A stretch of DNA of 64,000 bases from Octopus sinensis. Taxonomy: Eukaryota. The stretch is taken from contig NC_043018.1 of assembly GCF_006345805.1 (NCBI RefSeq), forward strand, positions 13,020,001 through 13,084,000. The letters are read 5' to 3'. The first letter of the stretch is position 1; each line of letters opens with the position of its first letter. The notes under the pieces are model-generated. The model was not told where the DNA came from. It was given only the letters and a program-made list of their open reading frames with translations, and did not search any database. Shown piece by piece: positions 1 through 12,375 of the stretch. The translations under genes and the position numbers were made by a program.

Positions 1-119
1 AACATTTTTGAAAATAAAACATTTCTTATTTTCAGCTGTTGTACCTTAACTTAATTTCTTTATAGGACCCTCGGTTTTACAGTGGAGAGGCAGTGGGTAA
101 TACCTAAGAATAGCAAAGA

Positions 120-325
120 GGCAAGCAGGCAGAATCAATACAACAAAAGACAAAATGCTACTAAGCATTTTGTCCATCTTTATGTTCTGAGTTCAAATTC
201 TGCCGAGATCAACTTTGCCTTTCAGGGTCGATTAAATAAGTACCAGTTGAGCATTGGAGGGTTGATGTAATTGACTTAATCCCTCCCTTGAAATTGCTGG
301 CCTTGTGCCAAAATTTGAAACCAAT
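120..325 (+). mobile_element. tRNA-derived SINE, family B (central TTTGCCTTTCA...GGTCGATAAA...GTACC motif), diverged
   Basis: GAGTTCAAATTC B-box-like motif followed by the same central segment as the copies at 17511, 20465, 11980 and 42750. Confidence 0.7.
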
Positions 326-599
326 ATCTAAGAATATTAACCAAGTTCTGCTGATGGTTATTTTCCTACAGAACATTCCATGCCATGATTGTAAAATTCT
401 AAATGCTTGCTTATAACAAATGAATTAATCAGATGAAAATATTTCTTTTGTTGGGAACAAGTGCCTTTTTTGCTTCTTCATTCTTATTTGTATAGTTGAG
501 CTTTTTATAAACAGATTGTAATACACTAACCCATTTAACTCTCTTATAAGGTTGTGAACCCAACCGTTAGATACTCAGTGAGGCACCCTGAGTAAACAA

Positions 600-960
600 C
601 CAGTTTCATGCGATTGATCTACAAATTGATCAATTGGCGTGAAGCTGTGGTGTGATGTGGTTTTCTCAAATGTTCTAAAATTTAACCTCCTAAAAATAGT
701 TTGGCACTTTAACTAATAGCAGAGTGCTGGAAACAGCTGACTGGTTCACGTGCCTTTTCCCTTTGCCATGCAGATAACTTGGGACATTTGTGCAGACAAT
801 ACGTGGTTCTGGAACTTATCAATCCGAATATTCACACAATGTTTCATAAATAACTTCTATGGATGTTGTGCGGTTTTTCTCTCTGTCCCATTCGGCAATT
901 ATTAACATTGTTCACTGTAAATAGCCAACCCCAAATATCATTTATGTCCGGCAATAAATA
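600..960 (-). mobile_element. Possible heavily decayed DNA-transposase N-terminal remnant
   Basis: Frameshifted fragments DK..PRIVCTN..LSAWQ..REP resemble the DKxWAPHxxC..C..W..WREP Cys-rich N-terminus of an invertebrate transposase group. Very degenerate. Confidence 0.25.
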
Positions 961-2968
961 TCAAGTTAACTGTTCTTGAGTTTGTTTCAGTTATTCCACA
1001 CGCAGCTCACCCCAACAAAGACAGGTTCAGCAACGATACATTCTCCGCAGTTCGAGCATACAGCATCCAAGGGTAGAGCAAAAATGCTCCACTTCACAAT
1101 AATTGTGGAGCATCGAAAACACAATGGACTTAGGTGCGCATTCTACGTCAACTCGAATGCACGAAGATCTAATTTATACACATAATATATAAACACAACA
1201 GCATCTACTGCGTGTATTACATAAGAGTGACATGCAAAATGGATTATCTTATGTCACTAGTTGTCTGAATATTATTTCGAGTAGCTTCAGACTTTCATGT
1301 CTGTGCTGATCAAATCCCGATAAATAATTTCTGGGTTTCGCATTCTGGACAAAATCTAAGCTCGTTCCCACCCGAGACCAACACACAAGACAGGTCTGAG
1401 TGCAGGCAGAGCTGCGTGGTTAAACGTTCGGTTCGGCACCACGTGCTTCTATGTTCAATTCCAATGCGTGGAACTTTGGGAAACTGTGATCTAGCTAAAC
1501 TTCAAGTTGGGAGCAGAACTTGGAAAACGGAAACTGTGTGGAAACCTATTGTAAGTTGACGAAATATGTGAAAAGCACCAAAGAACTGCTCCGCCCCTGA
1601 GTGTCCGGTGCTTTTAGAATGAAGTCCCTTATGATAATTGTTCTATTCCAGCCAGGAGTCATTCTCGTCGTCAAAAATGCAGTGAAACAGCGAACGAGTT
1701 ATTATAATTAATGACACAGCGAACTTATAATTAATGACACAATTGTTCACTAATTGTCACATAAAATGAATAAAAAATATGTACCGGATGGTTCGTTATG
1801 ATTATGTGTGGTGGCTAAATGATGAAGGAGGGGCGTGAGGGGTTTTGTGTGAAGTGGAGAGGGTTCCAATTGTTGATTCGGCCGAGATTGAATTCGATCA
1901 TCGAAGGAAAGTAATTTTTCTTCCTTTTTTTTGGTTTCTGCTTTTTGTCCCATGGACGGCAAAAGTGAAATGCGAAAGAAAACGACTGGCGTCGGTGCGT
2001 ACAATAATAGGTTCGTTAATATCTAATAAAAAGAATAATTAACTAAGTTAATTAATATCTAAAAATAAGAATAATGCCATGTGATGCGAGAAGGTAAATA
2101 AGCGGGTCACATTCTTGGAAAAGTTGATATATTATGGATAAAAGTTTGCAGAACACTGAACTGTGGCCCATAAAAGATGAATGGAAACATGATATTCGGT
2201 AAAGATCGATGTCAAACCCCTCGTATTGTCATCTATAAATCCATTCATATCCAGAACATATTAAATGTAAACTGAGGCCGGCATTTGAATGGTATTAATG
2301 GTATACTTTATAGCAACACACAACCAAAAACTGTCGAAGGGCGGCACGTAAGTATAAGAATCCCATAAACCCATGGATTATAACCCCCATCTCCCACAAA
2401 AACCTAAACAATTGGGGAAATACACTGACGAGTAAACAAAACGTGCGTACAAAAGGGTTAAAACGGTCCCATGATGTAAATGGAATTGAAATAATTTTGG
2501 TAGAAGCGTCGTCGATATATTTCTCGGGGTTTGTGGGTGTGTGCTTTAAGGCCTACGAAGGTTAAAGTTTAACTATGTCCACGGTTAGAATTTACGACCC
2601 TGTTGTCTTTATAGAAAATACATCCTTCGACAAGTGCTTTCCTCCAGGGAATATGTAAAGGCTTTGGGTAATGATGGCAGAAAAAAGGAAAAATGAGGTA
2701 AATAAAAGAAACTTTTTCATACAATTTCCGGCAACCGGGTGTAAAAAGAAGACAAAAAAACAAGGAGAGTAAAATATAAACAACTTTGAACACATATATA
2801 CTGAAATGTGTGTCTGTGAGGGTCGAGAATTGCGAAGAATTGCGAAGAGCAGACGATTCTGGTGGCGAAGTGGAAGCAAAAAGAAAGTCCGTTTTTGCGG
2901 CAGAAAAGCAAAGCGAAAGTAAGAAAGAGTTCGATCTGCGGTGGAGAAAGGCGAAATGGAATACTGAC

Positions 2969-3109
2969 CACAGAATTGGAGAAGTTAATAACAGAGATAA
3001 CGGCCAGAATATACCATCGCTGCTTGTAGACTTTGTATTTGTCCATCTTGGGAGTTTTAACGACGACGACGTCCGTCGAAGTCGAATTGGGAGAGTTTAT
3101 ATCAGCCAT
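2969..3109 (-). CDS. SLC49A3: First coding exon of an SLC49-family MFS transporter (SLC49A3/MFSD7-like); later exons lie left of the window
   Basis: 47 codons [47 protein letters not shown], then a phase-0 donor GTCAGT (2968-2963). Y-x-x-R-W-x-x-L...N-x-S-N is the TM1 signature of SLC49/FLVCR transporters, closest to MFSD7 as I recall it. Paralog identity cannot be fixed from one exon. Confidence 0.75.
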
Positions 3110-3150
3110 GTTGGTGTGTCACATGACACAAAGGCGTCGAGCACTGAGCA

Positions 3151-3525
3151 GTGTGTGTGTGTGTGTGTGCGTGTGCGAGTGTGTGTGTGTGTGTGTGTGC
3201 GTGCGTGTGCGAGTGTGTGTGTGTGTGTGTGTGTGTGCGTGCGTGCGTGCGTGTGTGCGTGTGTGTGTGCGTGCGTGTGTGCGTGCGTGTGTGTGCGTGT
3301 GTGTGTGCGTGTGTGTGTGTGTGCGAGTGTGTGTGTGCTCATACTTGTATGTATGTATATACATACATACATACATACATACACACATACACACACACAC
3401 ATACATACATACATACATACACACACACACATAATACATACATACATACATACATACACACACACATACATACATACATACACACACACATACATACATA
3501 CACACACACATACATACACACACAC

Positions 3526-3558
<33 letters not shown>

Positions 3559-5850
3559 TACATACATACACACACACATACATACATACATACACACACA
3601 CAAACATACCATACACACATACACACACATACATACATACATACACACACACATACATACATACATACACCACACACATACATACATACATACACACACC
3701 ACACATACATACATACACACACCTACATACATACATACACACACACAATACATACATACAACACACACATAATACATACATACATACATACATACACACA
3801 CACATACATACATACATACATACACACACACACATACATACATACATACATACATACATACACACACACATACATACATACATACACACACACATACATA
3901 CATACATACATACACACACACATACATACATACATACATACACACATACATACACACATACATACATACATACATACACACATACATACATACACACATA
4001 CATACACACATACATACATACACACATACATACACACATACATACATACACACATACATACATACATACATGCATACATACATACATACACACATACATA
4101 CACACATACATACATACATACATACACACATACATACATACACACATACATACATACACACATACATACATACACACATACATACATACATACATACACA
4201 CATACATACACACATACATACATACATACATACATACACACATACATACATACACACATACATACATACACACATACATATACACATACATACATACATA
4301 CATACACACATACATACATACACACATACATACACACATACATACATACACACATACATACACACACATACATACATACATACATACATACACACATACA
4401 TACACACATACATACATACATACATACACACATACATACATACACACATACATACACACATACATACATCACACACATACATACATACATACATACACAT
4501 ACATACATACATACATACACACATACATACATACCACACATACATACATACACACATACATACACACATACATACATACATACATACACACATACATACA
4601 TACACACATACATACATACATACATACACACATACATACATACATACACACATACATACATACATACACACATACATACATACACACATACATACATACA
4701 CACATACATACATACACACATACATACATACATACATACACACATACATACACACATACATACATACATACATACATACACACATACATACATACACACA
4801 TACATACATACACACATACATACACACATACATACATACATACATACACACATACATACATACACACATACATACACACATACATACATACACACATACA
4901 TACACACACACATACATACATACATACATACACACATACATACACACATACATACATACATACATACATACACACATACATACATACACACATACATACA
5001 CCATACATACATACACAATACATACATACATACATACACACATACATACATACATACATACATACACACAACATACATACACACATACATACATACACAA
5101 CATACATACATACATACACACATACATACATACACACATACATCATACATACATACATACACAATACATACATACACACACACAATACATACATACACAC
5201 ATACATACAACATACATACATACATACATACATACACACATACATACATACATACATACACACACATACATACACACATACATACATACATACATACACA
5301 CATACATACATACATACACGCATACATACATACACACATACATACATACATACACACATACTACATACACACATACATACACACATACATACATACACAC
5401 ATACATACACACATACATACATACATAATACACACATACATTACATACACACATACATACACACATACATACATACACACATACATACATACATACTACA
5501 CACATACATACATACATACATACATTACACATACTACATACACACACACATAATACACACATAACATACATACATACATACATTACACACATACATACTA
5601 CACACATACATACACACATACATACATACATACATACACACACATACATACAACACACATACATACACACATACATACATACACACATACACACATACAT
5701 ACATACATACACACATACATACATACACACATACATACACACATACATACATACATACATACATACACACATACATACATACACACATACATACACACAT
5801 ACATACATACACACATACACACATACACACATACACACATACATACATAC

Positions 5851-5881
<31 letters not shown>

Positions 5882-5921
5882 TACACACATACATACATAC
5901 ATACATACACACACACATACA
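3151..5921. repeat. Compound microsatellite: (TG/CG)n ~3151-3337, then ~2.57 kb of (TACA/CA)n
   Basis: Directly visible; it generates the 300-800 aa HTYI/MCVY pseudo-ORFs. Confidence 0.98.
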
Positions 5922-6243
5922 TAGGCTAATGTAAAGATCTCCACCCATAAACAAAAAAAAAATAATAACAATAAACTGCTGGGTGTTAACAAGTTTGTAG
6001 AGAACGAATATGAAAAAGAAACTGCGCTAACGACCCTGGGTGGTGGGTGGAGGCCTTTCGGAAAATTCACAAGATCCGAGTTTTCCGTCATAACTTTCGG
6101 TAAAATGGACATTGATTTTTTTTTTTCTTTGTACAGAATCCCATGTTTTTGGTTATGAAGGATCCGATTCTGAAAAAAAAAATTTTTTTTAATTTCAATT
6201 CCGCCCCCCCCCTCACCCCACCCCTTCATTTTTCACTTTTTAC

Positions 6244-6304
<61 letters not shown>

Positions 6305-6493
6305 GGGAGTCTAACTCCAAACTTACAGGGAAAAATTCAATTTAGTATTAAATCAAATTTCACAATATAAATATATAAAATATAAATTAGAGATAAAACC
6401 ACTATTATGTAATTCAAACAGTGATAGACATAAACCAATACATAAATAACAAATAATATATATTTTTATAAAACATTAATTATATTTATATAT

Positions 6494-6529
<36 letters not shown>

Positions 6530-6628
6530 AGTTAATCCAAACAAGAAAAAAACAGAAAAAAACACAGCAACGCGAGGACGTGGAACAATTAAAGTATTAT
6601 TTGACGCTCAGGAAAGAAGGGAAGGTGG

Positions 6629-6663
6629 GTTTAACGTTTCGAGCGGAGCTCTTCGTCAGAAAC
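6629..6663 (-). ncRNA. Minimal hammerhead ribozyme-like motif (Penelope-like element type)
   Basis: Minus strand GUUU-CUGACGA-A-GAGC-UCC-GCUC-GAAA-C-GUU-AAAC: core boxes, 4 bp stem II, 4 bp stem I (GUUU/AAAC), palindromic AACGUU stem III, GUU cleavage triplet. Confidence 0.6.
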
Positions 6664-6710
6664 AAAGGAGAAGGAAAGATCCCGAGAAGGGAAGACAGAG
6701 GAAAAAAACC

Positions 6711-6752
<42 letters not shown>

Positions 6753-6868
6753 GGTTTAAGTAATTGAGATTCAAGTGAGTTCTAATGAATTCACATGAAT
6801 ATGGTCCTTAACTAGGATGCACCGGAAATCTATATGGTGTAAACCATACGACAAGTGGGTGATTACAA

Positions 6869-6918
6869 ATAGGAAAAAAGCAACAAGAATGGATCCATTC
6901 TTGTTGCTTTTTTCCTAT
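6869..6918. repeat. Perfect 50 bp palindrome with no spacer
   Basis: ATAGGAAAAAAGCAACAAGAATGGA|TCCATTCTTGTTGCTTTTTTCCTAT. Confidence 0.95.
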
Positions 6919-7159
6919 ATATATATATATATATTTGTTGAAATAGAAAGATGAATTTTCTTGTAACAGATTATTCAAAGGTTTAACCGATACCTGGGTA
7001 GCAAAAATCACAGCGGAAAACAGCACGGTTGGAGATAAGACCATATGGTGTTGCAACCGTGCGTTGGAGCGGATAATTGAAGTTTAATATTATATACTAA
7101 TAATATTATATTATATATATATATATATAATATATTATAATATATAATATATATATATA

Positions 7160-7218
<59 letters not shown>

Positions 7219-7259
7219 TAATATATAATATATATATATATATATAATATATATATATA

Positions 7260-7652
7260 GGTGCAGGAGTGGCTGTGTGGTAAGTAGCTTGTTTACCAAC
7301 CACATGGTTCCGGGTTCAGTCCCACTCGTGGCACCTTGGGCAAGTGTCTTCTACTATAGCCATGGGCCGACCAAAGCCTTGTGAGTGGATTTGGTAGACG
7401 GAAACTGAAAGAAGCCCGTCGTATATATATATATATGTATGTGTGTGTGTTTGTATGTCTGTGTTTGTCCCCCTAGCATTGCTTGACAACCGATGCTGGT
7501 GTGTTTATGTCCCCGTTTCTTAGCGCTTCGGCAAAAGAGACCGATGGAATAAGTACTGGGCTTACAAAAGAATAAGTTTTGAGGTCGAGTTGCTCGATTA
7601 AAGGCGGTGCTCCAGCATGGCCGCAGTCAAATGACTGAAACAAGTAAAAGAG
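7260..7652 (+). mobile_element. tRNA-derived SINE, family A (CORE-like ACCTTGGGCAAGT segment, internal TA/TG microsatellite)
   Basis: A-box-like TGGCTGTGTGG and B-box-like GGTTCAGTCCC, ending GAAACAAGTAAAAGAG; more than 10 copies in the window. Confidence 0.9.
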
Positions 7653-8299
7653 TATACCCCCAGGCCTTCAAGTATGCTAGCCACATGCTAGAAATAACAG
7701 CCAAATCTCACAAAACTGCGATAACAATGTAATCAACCTACTCACCTTTCTGCAAAGATTTCTTTCAGAGTAATTTCCCGCAGTAATATGACAAAGTAAT
7801 TCATGTGAAATTGAAGGGGTTTTTTTTCTTTAACTTTTTAAAAAAGTTTTTATCGAAATTTTTTTTCAATCAATCTACGTGGGAAAATATGGAAATTAAG
7901 AATATGGACAAAATAAACACAAATTCAAATTTTAATTTCAAATTTTTTAAGAAAAGCTCTGACCCAAAATGCCCCCCCTCCCCGCCACCCCGCTGTCTAA
8001 AAGTGAAAATTACCGGTTGTTTTGTCTATTTCACATAAATTACTTTTGAAAATGCGATTTTTGAAATTTTTTTTTCCAGAATCAGATCCTCCATAACCAA
8101 AAATGTGGGATTCCATTAAAAAAATCAATATATAGCCCTTTTACCGAAAATTATGACGGAGAAATCCGATCTTGTGAATTTTCCAAAAATCCTACCCGCC
8201 ACAGGTCGTTAGTGTAAATTTCTTTTTCATATTGGTTTTCTACATACTTATTAACACCCAGTTGGTTTATTTATTCATTTATTTTTTGTTCATGCATAC

Positions 8300-8652
8300 C
8301 AACAAGTTTATAACATCTCACTTCGTAGGCAACATCTGTGCAATCCAAAAACAGAAGATCCCCACCAAGTACCGACAGTAGAAAAAGCAGAAGTCATTGG
8401 CAGATAACAAACGCAGGCTGCGCAAGCCCAAGACTGAAGACCTAAACTACATTATTGCCAACTGCAAAAGAATGCCTTCCAGACGCAGGAGTGGCTGTGT
8501 GGTAAGTAGCTTGCTTACCAACCACATGGTTCCAGGTTCAGTTCCACTGTGTGGCACCTTGGGCAAGTGTCTTCTACTATAGCCTTGGGCTGACCAAAGC
8601 CTTGTGAGTGGATTTGGTAGACGGAAACTGAAAGAAGCCCGTCGTATCTATG

Positions 8653-8685
<33 letters not shown>

Positions 8686-9360
8686 CAGTGTTTGTCCCTC
8701 CAACATCACTTGCCAACTGATGCTGGTGTGTTTACGTCCCCGTAACTTAGCAGTTCGGCAAAAGAGACCAATAGAATAAGTACTAGGCTTACAAAGAATA
8801 AGTCCTGGGATAGATTTGCTTGACTAAAGATGGTGCTCCAGCATGGCCACAGTCAAATGACTGAAACAAGTAAAAGAGTAGATATTATCTTCCCATGAGG
8901 AATGATGCAGTGGCAAAAACAGTTTGGAACAGAGTAGCAAAATACAAAAAATCCTATTTGACTATATTGAGACAGATAGGTCAAAAGAATATTGGTAGGA
9001 ATTAAAACCGAAAACAGCCACCGAATTAAAACACAACTGGCCAGATTTTGTTGTGTAGGAACACAAGAAAACGATATCTTCTGTTGTGGAAACCAGCTGC
9101 CTTCTGGACATGAATGTGGTTAGAAAAATACAAGAGAAAGAGGACATTTAGGAGCTTGCAAATCCAGCACCTAAGATACACTTTCATCTTCACACCTATT
9201 ATTTTTAGGGTAAAAGGATACATACCAACTCATCTGGAATAAAGTAGGTTGAACTTAGGATCTTGGGGAGAGAACACAAGTCCTTAATTCATACAGAACA
9301 AATGGTCATAATATCTGAAACTATTAAAATCTGCAAGACCTTCTTAGAATTTAAAAGATG
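8300..9360 (+). mobile_element. Decayed 3' part of a non-LTR retrotransposon with restriction-like endonuclease (R4/Dong/NeSL-type), interrupted by a SINE
   Basis: RRLRKPKTEDLNYIIANC (decayed CCHC finger), MRNDAVAKTVW (RHD-like), PDFVV, VETSCLLDMNVVRKIQEKED (PD..E..K core), PIIF, TIKICKTFL. Confidence 0.65.
8481..8880 (+). mobile_element. SINE family A inserted in the RLE LINE
   Basis: Full-length match to 7260-7652; the LINE reading frame resumes after it. Confidence 0.9.
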
Positions 9361-9448
9361 ATGGTTAAATCAAGAAGCTTTCCTTCACGATTTTGCTGCC
9401 AAGTCAAAATTTACTCACAAAAGAGAGAAAGAAAGAACGGACGAACGT

Positions 9449-9810
9449 ATAGGTGTGGCTGTGTGGTAAGTAGCTTGCTTCCCAGCCATATGGTTCCAGG
9501 TTTGGTCCTGCTGCACAACACCTTGGATGGCTGTTCTCTGTGGTAGCCCTTGCGGGTGGATTCGGTTGGCAGGGGCTGGGGAAGAAGGCCTGCTGTATAT
9601 ATATGTGTGTGTGTGTGTGGTGTATGTTTGTGTTTGTTGCCCATCACCACTTGACAACTGGTGTTGGTCTTATGTCCCTGTGACTTGGTGATTCACCAGA
9701 AGAGACCAAAAGAGACCAAAAGAGACCAGGCGGAATATCTGATCAACAAAAACTTCTTCAAGTCAGCACCACAAGATGGCTGCTGTTTAATGATAGAAAC
9801 AAGTAAAAGA
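9449..9810 (+). mobile_element. SINE family A, older diverged copy
   Basis: Same head and GAAACAAGTAAAAGA tail; internal (AAGAGACCAA)x3 expansion. Confidence 0.8.
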
Positions 9811-9878
9811 TATATATATGTGTGTGTGTGTGTGTGTCTATGTATATGTATATATATACATAAACATATATATATGTT

Positions 9879-9925
<47 letters not shown>

Positions 9926-9976
9926 GTTTATGTATATATATATGTTTATGTATATATATATATATATATATAAGTT

Positions 9977-10035
<59 letters not shown>

Positions 10036-10037
<2 letters not shown>

Positions 10038-10304
10038 TTATCATCATCATCGTTTAACGTCCATTCTCCATGCTAGCATGGGTTGGACGGTTCAACTGGG
10101 GTCTGGGAAGCCAGAAGGCTGCACCAGGCTCCAGTCTGATCTGGCAGTGTTTCTACAGCTGGATGCCCTTCATAACGCCAACCACTCCGTGAGTGTAGTG
10201 GGTGCTTTTTACGTGCTACCGGCACAGGTGCCAGACGGGGCTAGCAAGCGGCCATGGTCGGATGGTGCTTTTTACGTGCCACTGGCACGGGGGCCAGGCG
10301 AGGC

Positions 10305-10305
<1 letters not shown>
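10036..10305 (-). mobile_element. RTE-type LINE/SINE 3' tail fragment ending in (GAT)n
   Basis: Reverse complement matches the LINE tail at 59155-59305 (GGTTGGCxTTA.GAAGGGC..CCAGCTGTAGAAA...TTAAA.GATGAT). Confidence 0.65.
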
Positions 10306-10363
<58 letters not shown>

Positions 10364-10923
10364 TATACAGGTACAAGTTCAGACAGAAAATAGCATTTAC
10401 TTTCTGACTCACTCATGTGTGTGTAGTGGTGGTGGTTGTGGTGGTGGTGGTGGTGGTGATGGTGGTGTGGTGGTGGTGGTGGTGTGTGTGTGTGTGTAAT
10501 ATCAGTGGAATAGTGAGCGCAGAGTCAAAGGTTACAAAACAAGAAGTCAAAATAAATAAATGAAGAAATGACTCAGTGTTGTTTATACAACACATTGGAA
10601 TTTATTCCTCTCTCTCTCTCTCTCTCTCTCTAAAACAATCTAATGAATTAATCAACCAATCAATAAATCCAGGTGTTGGCTGTTATCTGCAGTGACTTCA
10701 GATCAGTGGAAGCCTACCACAATTTTCAAAGGCAACAGATTGACAGAAATTATTACAAACTCACCTATGAGTATTTAGAGTATTTTGAAAATACTTCATG
10801 GAATGACAACCATACTCTGCATAGTTATGGGCTGCTGTTTGGCAAGGTATGGCACCTATAATGGAAGGCAAGGTTTATGATATCGGGAGAATATTGCCTT
10901 CTCCCATCATATCTTGTTCTTAA

Positions 10924-11550
10924 TGTAGTTCAGGCTCCGGCAGGTGAAGAAAGAAGTCTTTAAGTACAAATGCAATTTACAACCGGTTTCTTTACAAGTT
11001 TCACAGAACAGGTGAAGTGCATTGCTCTCAGCAACTATCTCAAGCTGTGTGCGTGGTGTTATATCTCCATTAGTGCGGGTACATTGCCTCTGGAGGTACA
11101 ACATGCAGAGAGGGCCCAGCCAGTGAAGTGTGCTCAGCAAGCGCTGGTGCATAGAAGCGGAGAGAAAAGAATGAATCTGTTTCTGTTTTGCCCTTATATA
11201 TGGTTTGCCATCGCAAGCCTCGTTGCGAACTCACGCATGGCAAATGGATGCAGGTGAGGTCTTGCTCCAATCTCAGATGGCGCTAACTGCTTGTGCCCGC
11301 ACTAATGGTTTTCTGCTACTTCCCTAGCTAAATGTACCTGCCTCCCAGCTTCCCTTCTGGCTATCTGATACAATTCCCTGCTACCCCTACACTTCCAGTC
11401 CTGTTTCTTTACTCTAATTGCCTAGTCTACAACATCATTCCACTACTAAGTCACCCTTGGTCTAGATGGGACTTTGTACCAGCCACAGATTTGGTCCATG
11501 GCACTCAGCAAGTTGTCCGGAAGGAATTCTCAGTTGCCTTCTATGTTACA
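10924..11550 (-). mobile_element. Possible solo LTR
   Basis: Minus strand begins TGTAAC, ends ACTACA, and has an internal TATATAAGGG with an Inr-like TCATT ~25 nt downstream. No TSD found. Confidence 0.3.
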
Positions 11551-12266
11551 AGTCTGTAGCTCCCCACTCCTTCTCATCAAATTTCTCAGTTAGAGTGTCC
11601 CTAAATCTCTGACCATACAGAGGATCCTTAAACTTCCAGATCCTTAAAATTCCAGATAAATCTTCTTCGTGGCACATTTCTGGCCTGAGGTCTAAATTCA
11701 CCAATGTCTAGTCTGTGCTGCTGAGTGGAGGTACATTCTTCACCAGGGAAAGCCTTTGCATGTGTGTGTGTTATTTAATTTTAATTCCAGATTTGTTGTC
11801 AATGGAAAAAGAGCCGTTTTCTAACCAAGATCCAAGGCTCCTTCATTGGAATTTTGAACATCAGCAAGGTATCTGTGCCTGTTCGTGTATACGTGTGCAA
11901 TATTTGGAATCAGGGCACGTGCAGACTTGTATGTTTTGTTTAATGTATGTTTACTCATACATGCAGTGGTGTGTGTGAATATTGGTCTTAGATTTTGGCA
12001 CAAGGTCAACGATTTCGGGTGAGGAGTTGAGTCGATTACATCGACTCCCGTGTTCAACTGACACTTATTTCATCGAAAAGATAAAAGGCAAAGTCGACGT
12101 CGGTAGAATTTGAACTCGGAACGTTAAGGACGGACGAAATGCGGCTATGTATTGTGCCTGGTACGCTTACCATTCTGTCAGCTCACTACCTTTTGTATGT
12201 CTATTGATTGTTCGGTTCTTTTAATCTTTGTGTTGTTGGAAATATGACCAAGTGACAGGTTTGGTG

Positions 12267-12281
12267 GTTGCTGTTAGCAAC
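12267..12281 (+). promoter_or_regulatory. Candidate RFX X-box upstream of LRRIQ3
   Basis: GTTGCT-GTT-AGCAAC matches the palindromic X-box pattern and lies ~95 bp before the donor AAG|GTAAAT at 12375/12376. Confidence 0.55.
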
Positions 12282-12299
12282 GTAACTGCGGGATAGAAA

Positions 12300-12375
12300 T
12301 AACAGCAACAACATTGTTGCGGCGAAATGCTTCCGTGTTTGTTTACAGAGTTCGTCGGACATTGAACTAGAAAAG
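12300..12375 (+). other. LRRIQ3: Putative non-coding first exon of LRRIQ3 (start approximate)
   Basis: Relatively CpG-rich, non-repeat segment ending in AAG|GTAAAT. The first coding exon has its own acceptor (TTTACAG at 14025), so an upstream exon is implied. Confidence 0.45.

Larger units (their letters stand above)
5945..8293. mobile_element. Non-autonomous foldback/MITE-like element with ~250 bp diverged terminal inverted repeats, containing nested insertions
   Basis: ~5945-6190 is a diverged reverse complement of ~8060-8293 (e.g. GGAAAATTCACAAGATC vs GATCTTGTGAATTTTCC; TCCGTCATAA vs TTATGACGGA). Confidence 0.7.

Noticed and set aside
1688-1742. Short direct duplication (CAGCGAAC...TTATAATTAATGACACA) x2
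   Set aside because: Two units only, consistent with slippage; not an array or CRISPR.
2717-2968. C-terminal part of the 130 aa minus ORF
   Set aside because: Read-through past the GTCAGT donor into the intron; transporter similarity ends at SNSV.
2786-5954. Very long ORFs (up to 800 aa) of HTYI/MCVY repeats
   Set aside because: Translations of a stop-free microsatellite, open in several frames on both strands.
7260-7330. tRNA-like A/B-box sequences here and at other SINE heads
   Set aside because: They are heads of multi-copy SINEs, with no complete cloverleaf.
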